Shown in pieces: positions 25,101 through 56,808 of a stretch of 64,000 nucleotides of DNA; within the stretch, counting starts at the first letter, position 1, and every line of letters starts with the position of its first letter. This DNA comes from Bugula neritina. Taxonomy: Eukaryota > Animalia > Bryozoa. The translations under genes and the position numbers were made by a program. The stretch lies in NCBI GenBank assembly GCA_964035545.1, contig OZ037766.1, forward strand, positions 1,550,001-1,614,000, in the 5' to 3' direction. The notes under the pieces are model-generated. The model had not been told where the DNA came from, made no database searches, and saw nothing but the letters and a program-made list of their open reading frames with translations.

Positions 25101-28100
25101 CTAGTACATACTGCTAGTAGTCAGTCACAGTCACAGTGACAGTAGCTCATATTTAGTAACGCACATTTTTAGAAGTTAGTAACATTTGACTCATTTCCTT
25201 ACAGATTATACGAACTGGAAACTAAGACTCAAATCTCTCACGGTACTGAGCTCCAAGACCAGCATTACTATGTCGCCACAGGAAGTGAGAAGTTCAAGGA
25301 CTTTGAATATGGACTGAGTCAGACTATGTTTACTCCCAAACAGCAAATGGCCAAGTTTGTTACTACTATTTATCAAAACTTTGTAATTGCCAGTTTTTAG
25401 TTTGTTACTATTAAACGTCATCTTAAATCAGTTTTTAAATTTATGAATTGAAAATAAATTGAAAGAAATGTAAAACTTTTAAAATGATAAAGGTCTAAAA
25501 AATTAATGATTTAACTGTATTCCCATGTGAACTGCATCATTGTTATTTGTAATAAATAAATTAAATGCATTGTCTATCAGCAACAATGGAAACAGCATTG
25601 ATTTCGTTGTTGCCAACAATGAATATATTTTATATTCTGCTGAGTTATTCTTCTGCTTATTTTTGCAGACGATATCCGACTTTACCTCCAATTGAGCCAA
25701 CAGAGCGACAGCAGTAAGTTAATGAGTCATACGTCAGCACTATATAAACACTGATTACTCACAGTCTTGCACTTAGCTTAATTTAACACCTCCTTTTATA
25801 TTGTGTTATTTTCGTACCAACCCTTTGATTATACACCTATAATCTTCATTTGATTTTGCATCTTTAATTTAACAGAGCACTACTAGCTAATTATATAACA
25901 TAAAACTTGAAAAAAACTTAAATTGATGAGAAATTCAATTTTCCATTTTTCTTGTTGAGAGTTAATTAAGTTTGTTTAAGTTACATTTTCATTATGCAAC
26001 TCACAATAAGGTTGTTCTGTTTTCAAATAGTTGAACTCTGGGTAATTGAATGTTGTCAGTAGTTTAATTTGCTGAGATATTTTGCCGAAATAACTTTTCT
26101 CTTAGCAAACTGCTACGTCATGTCAAAGAAATTTGATATGTAAAATATTCATCTGCTATAGTTCAGGCAAATAGAAATAATTCAAATTATTGTATCTTTC
26201 AAACAAATTGAAATTCATAAGGCGTTAAAATCTGCCCAAAGTTAGTTTGTGTTTATTTGTCTAAACAGTTGATTACTATAATCCGAGTCTAGAGTTACCC
26301 TGTTGCTGTTTGATTTAATCCTACGCAAAGTTGAAGTCCTTCAGTCTACCTTAACTCCGCCTATGATGATAGCAACCACTTTAGCACCGATCATAACAAA
26401 AACCTATTTTGTTGGTGAAATCCAAAACTCTCCGTTGATTTGTTAAAGTAAATACTGGCAATTTATTTCAGCAAAATAATAATATTATGTAGACTTCTTA
26501 GTAGTTTTCTTGACCTTGTATTTGCTGCAGTATACTGTGTGATACAACTATTCAATGTCTACTAACTAAGCAGGAGATTCATTAATCATGTTCTTCTATT
26601 ACTTTATGTTTCATTTTCTCTTTCACTCACTAAACCTTTATTATTCTACTACATTAATCTCATGCCATCACTATCAACAAGCTATGACTATCAGTATGAG
26701 TGTCAGTTGCAACTGATACTCATACTCATTCTCACTATCAGTTATACTTTTACTCAAATTGACTAAAAAATATATTCATTTTACTGTGATGTTTTTTATA
26801 TTTTCTTAATAGTGCTGCCATTATTTTATTTCAAGCAGAAGTATTTCTATCGTTTTGTAATAGTGAGAGAGTATTTCTTGTTTCTAGTTGATTGTTGATG
26901 CTTAACTTATATTACATATATTACTTTATATTACCTTATATTACTTACCATTACTTTATATTACCTTATATTACTTACCATTACTTTATATTACATATAT
27001 TACACAATTTTCGTACAATATTGAGGGATTAATTTTTCTAGTAAAAATATGGAGTATTATAGTGGCCTCATAAAAATAATAGGCCATCATGCTATATTTA
27101 ATGATTATAATTATAGTGGCATAACAACATTATAATTAGAAATTTTCATTCCAATACAGAAATAGTTTTGGTTTGAAATATGTCAATAGACTAAATGCAC
27201 TATAGCAGTAAAGTCCTATGCTTTACATGAGTTCGTTATACTATAGATTTTACTAATCATAGTGATGAAGTTATTTAAGTCTTGCTTCAAGAAGTAAAAT
27301 TACCCCTTGACTGTTCACAATGTATTATTGTATTATATTCCACTTCCAACAAGAGCTTGTGAATTGCTATTTCTAATAGAAATACGTCATACAAAGAAAT
27401 TATTTGTTACAAGTTTCTATTTCAATCACTTTATTTCTGCCTTTGATGTTATTCAAAGTTTTTCATCATCAATAAACAATAGTATGTTTGAATTTTCTAC
27501 ACTTTAAAATAAACAGCAGCATTGTTAACGGATATATTAATATATGGAATGTTATAAAGTAATATATATTTTAAAATACTAAATCAATGCATTATATTTG
27601 ATCAATGGATCAAGTTATTGGTTAGAATAGTTACAAGTGATTGACTAAAAGTTATTGACTGGTTATTGATTTATGAATTTATTTGCAGAGCAAAAGAAAA
27701 ACCAAACCAGTCTGCGCCTTCGGAATCTAAAAGAACTTATGAGCCGCACCGTAAGTACTTCCTGTCTGTGAAAATTTGACTCGCTAAAATTATGAGTCAC
27801 TGTTATGGCTGCTTCAGCATTGCCTTACTTCTTATATATTTGCTTCCTATATTAGATTTATTGAGCAAGTACTCTCCAAATAGTACACAACTCCTAAATC
27901 ACTGCACTGTACTACAGTTACTTAGTAAGATTAATTAAATTAATTTATTTTTACAAACAGAATAGCGGCTCCCAGTTTACAATTTATGATAGACCTGATT
28001 ATGCAAGCTTTATAGTATTACTACTAGATTAGAATCTACCCTGTTTATTGACTTGACTTATTGGGGGTAAAGCTACAGGTAAATTATTACATATAATATT

Positions 28101-30972
28101 ACACGGTTGAGTAGAGAAAAACAATGGGTGAAAACCCTGAGGTATATTACACTTCAGTTATTACGTACTGCCTATAGTTATTGATCAGTTGTATACAATA
28201 GGCGTGTGTGTTGACAACAATGGCCCTTAGTTACTGCGTAGTATATACTAAATATTTTGTAGTGCTTAACAATAGAATGCAGAAAATATCACAGCATAGC
28301 AAAATTAGTAAATTTCTTTTCAAATGTTTACCGGAAATAAAAAACAAAATCTAGGTTTTAGCTTTAATTAAGAAAGAATTTATTTTGTATTTATTACTAT
28401 TTCAAATTTTTTAAAAGTGGTCTAATTAATTTGATAGTGAAATAGTAACTGGAAAAAATTGATTTTTTATTATTTGAGACAAGGAGTTGAAAAGGAAACA
28501 ATGTATATAGTTTATGATTTCATGCTAGAAGAAATCTCATTACTTTAGTCTCAGGCCTGTTAATTGAGGTGAATATTTGGGACATTTAAAATCTTGGTGA
28601 CACGAAGAATTTAATCCTTTAAGCTAATATTAGAGTAGTATAATATGTGAATTAATGTGCATAGTATGTTGATTACTTGGTTATGATGCAATATAGTATA
28701 GACATACTATTTAACATTTGTTTAAATGTTAAATAAACTGCCATCTCCTCCCTGAACTATGTTACTGTTGCTATGGTTACCAGTGTTGACTGACACTCTA
28801 ACTTATGCTTGTAGCGCCGCCTAGAAGAGCTGAGCCCAAGGCTGAACCAAAGGTAGTGTACAACATTCACTTCTCTAATGCAATTAAAGCCATTCACAAA
28901 GTTCAAATTTTAAATGAGTTTCAACAATAAGTTTTTTTCTAGCTGAAAACTTTTTAAAGACATGGTATTGTATTTTTAAGTTGTTTTTAAAGAAAACTAC
29001 AGATGCTTGATTAAAATAATTATAGAATTTTTATGCAGATTACTTCTAAACCTTTGCAGTGTTTTGCTTTAGCAATTGTTCTAAAATCATCAAGTTTTCC
29101 ATCCCTAAATTTTATAAGAAGCTTCCATTTTAAAAACTTTGTTATTTTCTCTCAAAATTGTGACACTACATCACAATAATCTGTGTGAAAGTCAGCTAAT
29201 GATAAGGGTGCCTTTGCATCCCCCCTCCCCCCCCCCCCCGTACATTCTATTCCCTTATGATACGTAGGAGGAGAAAGGAGATGATGAAACAAAACAGCAA
29301 AGAGAGTCCTACCCAATCAGTTTTCAAGATACGCATCCAGTGTCGCCCATTGAAGAGAAGAAAACTCCATCTAGCACAACGGTTGGTGCCCAGGAAGAGA
29401 GTAAAAAGGCTCAAGGTAAGGTTTGTCACACTGTGTTTTAAATGAATATAATTTTCATTTGGTTGCTATGGGTTACTTTGATTGTTTGTAATGTTTCTAC
29501 AGATGTGCAATTCAGAGAGGCAGGGTCTCCTTTAGGGAGTCCTAGACGTGCTGACATAGCTGACGGTGAAGAAAATACTAGATCTCGTCATTCCAGTCCA
29601 AAACCTGAAGACACACCAAGGGCTGACACCCCGAAGGTAGAAGACACACCAAGGGCTGACACCCCGAAGGTAGAAGATACACCAAGGGCCGACACCCCGA
29701 AGGTAGAAGATACACCAAGGGCTGACACCCCGAAGGTAGAAGACACACCAAGGGCTGACACCCCGAAAACCGAAGACACACCAAGGGCTGACACCCCAAA
29801 AGTAGAAGAAACTCCAAGGGCTGACACCCCGAAGGTAGAAGATACACCAAGGGCCGACACCCCGAAGGTAGAAGATACACCAAGGGCTGACACCTCAAAA
29901 GTAGAAGACACTCCAAGGGCTGACACTCCAAAAGTAGAAGACACTCCAAGGGCTGACACCCCGAAGGTAGAAGACACACCAAGGGCCGACACCCCGAAGG
30001 TAGAAGATACACCAAGGGTTGACACCCCAAAAGTAGAAGATACTCCAAGGGCTGACACCCCAAAAGTAGAAGATACTCCAAGGGCTGACACCCCAAAAGT
30101 AGAGGACACACCAAGGGCTGACACTCCAAAAGCCGAGGAAACACCTAGGGCTGACACCCCAAAAGTAGAAGAAACACCAAGGGCTGACACCCCAAAAGTA
30201 GAAGAAACACCAAGGGCTGACACCCCAAAAGTAGAGGACACACCGAGGGCTGACACCCCGAAAGTAGAAGAAACACCAAGGGCCGACACCCCAAAAGTAG
30301 AAGACACTCCAAAGGCTGACACCCCGAAGGTAGAAGATACTCCAAGGGCCGACACCCCAAAAGCTGAAGACACACCAAGGGCTGACACCCCAAAAGCAGA
30401 TGAAAACACAAGTGAACATAATCCTACAAATGAAACTGCTAATTCCGTAGCAGATGGGAAAGAGGTGAGTAAGAATTCAGGCTAGTTTACTGTGAAATGG
30501 GACTCTATAGTGGTACCACCGAGTGAGCTTAGTGTATTGTTAGAGGATCATTTGGCGTGACTAGAACATACTAAATTGAGTTTCACGTGATCTCTAAAGT
30601 AACATCTTACTTAGCTCAAGCTTTTCTCTGTTGAGTAATTTGTCAGGTCTATATTTAGGTTTCAGTGCAAGTAGTTATTAGCGGAAAGTAAATTAAATTT
30701 TTTTAATACACTTAGAGCCAGCTTGTTTATGCTGCCTGATTTTTAAACCAACTCTTCATAGGAGAACTTAAACTGGCAGCAATTCATATAATTCAATATT
30801 TTGAAATTATCGAGCATATTTTGCGTAAATTAAACATTATTTAATAATAATGTTCGTAAATTAGCCATTTCTTGCATGAGAATTCAAATATCGTGTTTAA
30901 TAATGTACTTTTGTTTGTTGACAGGATAACATCAATACAGCAAATTCCCAAGCAGTTCCAGTCACATCCCAG
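22170..30972 (+). CDS. DCDC2: Doublecortin domain-containing protein 2-like (two DCX domains plus a long low-complexity tail); terminal exon uncertain (possibly ~31570)
   Basis: Exons 22170-22456, 23122-23185, 24648-24709, 24817-24948, 25205-25354, 25669-25713, 27689-27750, 28815-28852, 29268-29415, 29503-30464, 30925-30972 are phase-compatible. DCX1: KTIHVYRNGDLFF...FGAVRHL...YVAYG. DCX2: VYANGQPF...WDNVLEQI...GAIRRLY...YYVATGSEKFK. Confidence 0.85.
29607..30399 (+). repeat. Coding 33-bp minisatellite, ~24 x E(D/E)TPRADTPKV
   Basis: Direct count in exon 29503-30464; units differ mainly at synonymous positions. Confidence 0.95.
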
Positions 30973-32448
30973 GTACTGTTATTAGATGAATTAAAACTTT
31001 CACATCTGTGTTGTTTATAACTTCATTAAATTTACCCAAATTAATATTTCGCCTTGAAACTATGAAAAAGGAATCAGTCAATCAATTCATTAATCTTTTT
31101 AAATAATAAAATGAAGCAAAAGTATAAAATAGCAATTTGTTGGTAATTCATATGTTTTTCAGACTAAGATTTATCTTCTTTTTATGGAACAAGTAACTTG
31201 TATTCCACACAGTTGACAATTTATACTTTTATATATTCTGTCAGCTTTACACACCTGTATTTAAAAACATGCTTAAAATTTACATTTATTGCTTTAACCG
31301 TAAAAATTTTTAATAAAGCAGTTTTTATGTATCCGTTTTCAATGAAAAAGATCTTTAAAATAATATCATATGAAAACATATTGGAACATGATTGTATGTA
31401 CACTTGTACAGGTGATATACTTAGAAATGTGGTCTAAACGAACTAAAATCATGCAGGCATATGCCAAGCTGTATCCTTGTAATGTGAACATCTTTTTAGT
31501 ATTTCCATCTAGCAACCATTAAAGTCTGAAGATTGCCAAGTGTATACAGTGTTATGTGTTGTGTTTCAGGGTTGATAAGGTCAACATACAGAGGGGCGTC
31601 TTATGAAGGATGTATTTATTGATATTACAAAAGAAGTTATAATTCGGAAGGTTTGGATTCAATGTACGCCACACTTTGAACCTTCACAATATTCTCAACC
31701 TATTCGCTACTAAAAATACTTTATACTCATATTTATAGTCTATGCATTGCTTTTTATTAATCTACTCACAGCATTTCACAGCTTACCTGCTTTCTATTTT
31801 GATATCATGATGATGGCTTTATTATTTCTTATTTAATTATCTTGTAAATTTTTATCTATCTGTTTTTATTTCTGTTTTCACTGTTGTTAGGCTGTGTTCA
31901 TAGATTAAGTGGAGTTGTCATAATAATACTGAGTACCTTGGTCATGTCCTGACTGCTCAGGTAGGGGGTGCTGACCCCGCCCCGTACTAGTAGGAGTTAT
32001 AGAAGACAGGTCTTCCTTATCCTACTACATTTTATTCTTACTTTATTTTATATACTTATTTATAATACGAGAAACATTGTGTTACTTATTTCCGAAATAA
32101 ACACTATGAGCAGCAGCTATACAGGCTCCTATTGGCTAATGTTCACAAATTTGGCAGTGTATGATAGAGAATAACGTATAAAAGATGAATCAATAGCAAT
32201 TAAACGGTAAGTAGCAATTATGTTAAAGCACCTCAAGTCATAAAATAATTTAGTGTAGCAAAATATAGAAACAATAGACAGAAATACTTCAATAAATAAC
32301 TAGCATAGTAGAAGAGTACTTTCTAAGCATTTCCTAGCAAATATAGAAAAAATATACAATTGATCAACAGTCACCTAGCAGAGATTGGCAGCGTTCAGCA
32401 GAGGTTTTATGGGAGGGGGTCATAGCGCCCGCAGTTTGAATGTCTAGA

Positions 32449-52941
<20,493 letters not shown>

Positions 52942-55003
52942 ATCTTATTCTTTAACAAACTCACATTTCACATGTTCTACCAATAAATTTCACAAATGGG
53001 AGACTACATCCTAAAACAATGAAATTAACAATTTATTCAAAAATTCAAAATAAAAACAGCAAATAAATGTAAAAATCTTGCAACAAAATTTGCTAGCATA
53101 TCTTTTTAGTTTCAAACATGAAATCATACATTAAACTCAAGTCTGTTTAAAGTTGCTGTCTATATGTGAAGTCTTAATTTGCAGGCTAAAAACTATGCCT
53201 TTTGCCATGCTGGCCACATGATTTTGATAGTTTCTGCATAAAGCACAGGGGCAATTATGACTGAACGTTGTTTATGACATCACCAATAGCCTTGCAGGAA
53301 TTCAAATTTTGCTTACTAGGTCAGCAGATTAACTAGACCACCGTAGCGGTACTGATTATCCTGACGACAATGTGTAGATGTACCAATGTTTAAATTACAT
53401 GGTGAATAAATTGAGTCACCTTTACAATAAACACCATTGTGGGTGTTGCACCGGACCCAATCTTATCCAATCAAATATCAGAGAAGTCATATATATTAAA
53501 CTGAAACTCATTCTTAAACTCACAAAAATCTGTATTTCATTTCAATTCTTTTACAATTGCAATTGAATAAAACCTGAACTGAAACAAAAGACGTCAAATG
53601 TTTTGTTAAAATTAGTTGAAATTAACATTTTGATTTTAAATAATTTCAACTTCTACAAAATTAATAACAATAATGAATTATGAATAAATTAAAATATCAC
53701 AATAATTACAATAGCTATGGCTACAGGCTACAACCTTAACTAAACAAATATTCTTATACTTATAGTTTTATTTCCAAGTTTAACTGTCTGTATAAGTATC
53801 TGTATTAGTATATCACTATAAGCTCAAGTATACTAATAATTTTATTCATAAATATAATCATAATGTCAATATTAATAATAATAAATTCTAATTTACTGAT
53901 TATCATTATTATAATAACCTTGAAGATAATCATTATCCTAATGTTAATAATAATGATAATGTAAATTAAATATTAAAGTTTAAATTAACATAAACACCTA
54001 GGGCTAGCGGGCTAGTAAGTAGTACTAGTACCAGTTAGTAGTACTAATATTAATAATAGTTATACTAAGTCTAATAGATAATAGCATTTATTTTGATCTT
54101 ACACTTGCAGTTGAAGTTCAATTTCACTTTCACTTTGAGTTAGAGTCAAAGAGTGCAAAAAATAACTTCAACTTAAACTAGGTTTCAAAGTTAAAAATAA
54201 AATTAAATGATCTTAAATTTAATAATTGTCATCCTTCATTTTTAATTTTATGGTTAATAGATGATAATTAATTTTAAAGCCGGAAATTTATATCGTTTAA
54301 AAATAGTTAAATTATTTTATTTGTATAATTGTTTTTGGCATGAGATCAAAACGAAAATGGTTTAGGTTATTTTGTTTTAACACCTTTGCTGGATCAGGTG
54401 TTGCACGATCTTTAGCGAAAAGAGGCTCGATACAAAGCAGGAAATGTCAAAGCGAAACCGAAACTTATTTAACGTTTCTAAAGCCACAGACCTATCGACT
54501 TTTACTATATTATATTAGTTAAAATGAGAGGATTGTGATTAATCTCTTCCGCAACCTTGGTCGTGCCAGATTATTGCAGTGTGGTATATTAAGAGTGTTG
54601 ACTTTAAACCATGAAAAATCATTATGTCGCTAATGGTACCGCGAGTTTATATAAGTTATAAAGGAAAAATTTTGCCACTTTTGTGATTTTATTTTTTTTT
54701 TATATTATGTGTCCATTTTTTTTAGTTTTGTTTATTGGTAAAGTTTTTAAACATATTTTCAATACATATAAAATTTTAAAAATAATTAAAACTTAATCAT
54801 GCACGTAAATACAAAGCTATAAAGTTTAAGCTTCGCTGTGATTACAATGTGAATATGAATTGAATAATGCTTGCAATAACCATTTTACACAAAATACGTT
54901 ACAGTTGCTATAAATGTAAGACTAGTAAATTGGATGCAAATAGGCACGGTAATACTATTTAATTTATGCTATTTTTGAAATTTGTAGTAAATATTCGGCA
55001 TGT

Positions 55004-55690
55004 TGCTATAGATGTATTCAAGTATTATTTCATACTTGACATTTTGTATGCTATACCACTACAATATAATATACTACAGATATAGCATCCTGCTTCCCTG
55101 CAACCTTAGTTAGAGCTTAATATTGTTTTGTATTGAATACTTCCATGTATTCTATCTTTTCCCCATTTATAATATATCTTTTCTTCCATACATAGTGTAT
55201 GCCTACTATATAGAATAGCAGTAACATTAAATAGACACACACTTACAAGGTTATACACCATGATACAGGACATACAACTAATTATTGGAGATGGTACAAC
55301 ATTAGCCCTAAAAGTATACTTCCACATATATGATGTTTCGCAACAGGACTTCTAGCCTAAGGATTATAGCACTTCGCTCTTTAGCTATAAGATACTTATC
55401 ACTTTCGTACCCTTACCTTTTATGTTGAGTGACGGAGCTCTGGCTACAAGAAGTAAGCAGTGAGAGAACCTTCTATCTAAACGTGGCAGCTTTGGTACAG
55501 GATTCCAGATCTCTTGTACACTAGAGTCCGTCGTAAGCAGATGTGACTGAAGAGAAGAATAATACCGGTAAGTGTGATACCAACTATCAACGCGTTATAG
55601 TTATACACATGTAGAATATTCTAATTGTATGCATACCCTGTGTTATATTAGGTACTTAGTAGTTGAAAACCCCCAGTACTCAATATAACA
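55004..55690 (+). repeat. 5' LTR (687 bp)
   Basis: Direct repeat of 62040-62726; the ORF track shows the same 73-aa minus-strand ORF in both copies. Confidence 0.97.
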
Positions 55691-55693
55691 TTT

Positions 55694-55708
55694 TGGAGGA
55701 GGCACTGG
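55694..55708 (+). promoter_or_regulatory. Primer-binding site TGGAGGAGGCACTGG (closest to a tRNA-Cys 3' end)
   Basis: TGG starts 3 nt after the LTR end; the first 12 nt differ at one position from TGGAGGGGGCAC, the complement of a typical eukaryotic tRNA-Cys 3' end. The tRNA assignment is tentative. Confidence 0.55.
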
Positions 55709-56808
55709 CTTTTGCCCAAGGTTGCCCTTGTTAAATATTGTGTCCAGCTTTATATTAATAGCTCTTGACACTTGGTTAACCACCCGTGCGCCAGGGGATA
55801 AAATTATATTGATACTTTAAATAGTGTTGATCAGGCCTCATTTGGCTGTTCACTAATATTTTCCTGTAGGTTTTATATTCGCTGAGCTCATATTTTGCTC
55901 GTGGGTAGACCGTAGAAGTGCTAGGCCGCACTGAGAAAATATTAATTGAAGCCAAAAAGGATCAACTTTTACATATTACCCCAAAACAATATACATCCAC
56001 AGACTAATAGTAATAGAGCGAGAATTCCTATATGTTTAATTTTTCTCTGCTGCTTAAAAGGTGAAAACAAGCCAGTTTTAATTTTTTTAGCCTAGAGATA
56101 ATTAATTGTAGAAGTGAATTACCTCCCTTTGCTAATAGGCTAATTTAGTTGTATAATTGGGTGAGCTGCAGATAAGGTTAACACGCTCCTTATTTAGCAG
56201 TTAATAAATTCCAAACAGATTCAGTCTACGACTGTCTGCTGAGGTATAGGCGCTGACAAGTACTATAATTAATAGTCTTGTCCTAAACATAATTTCTTAT
56301 AATTATCTACAATTTACTTTGCAGTGCATTGCCAATCAGAGCATCACTGAATTGTATATTATATATTTACATATTATACGAATAATACATTGCAGTACTA
56401 AGTATTGCAACACCTGCAGTGCAATCAGTGTATTATAGTACAAAGCATTGTCCTATTACGTATTATAGTACCTAAGTACAACAACTGCCTTACCACATAG
56501 TACGAATAATAAACTAATTAATTACTGTGGTTGACTAAATTTAAATTTTAGACTAGGCTTGAATAGCAGAAATAACTGAATAATTTGTAGTGTACAGAGG
56601 TCATAATAAAGGACTTCCACTAACTTAAAGTACTTAGCTGCAAGCCACACCTTGTCATATATACAGAATAGTACATGCACACATATCCTTGAGTAAGAAA
56701 TAGACACATAATTGTACATTAGCACAAAGTATAAACATTAATAACATTGCAAACAAGTACTGCTGAACTCACTTATTAGTTGGAAATTATAAGTCACGCA
56801 CCAACAAT

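Noticed and set aside
29578-30419. Antisense ORFs over the DCDC2 repeat exon
   Set aside because: Shadow ORFs of the 33-bp coding repeat.
55106-55327. Identical 73-aa minus-strand ORFs at 55106-55327 and 62142-62363
   Set aside because: They are identical only because both lie in the LTRs; there is no protein-like signal.
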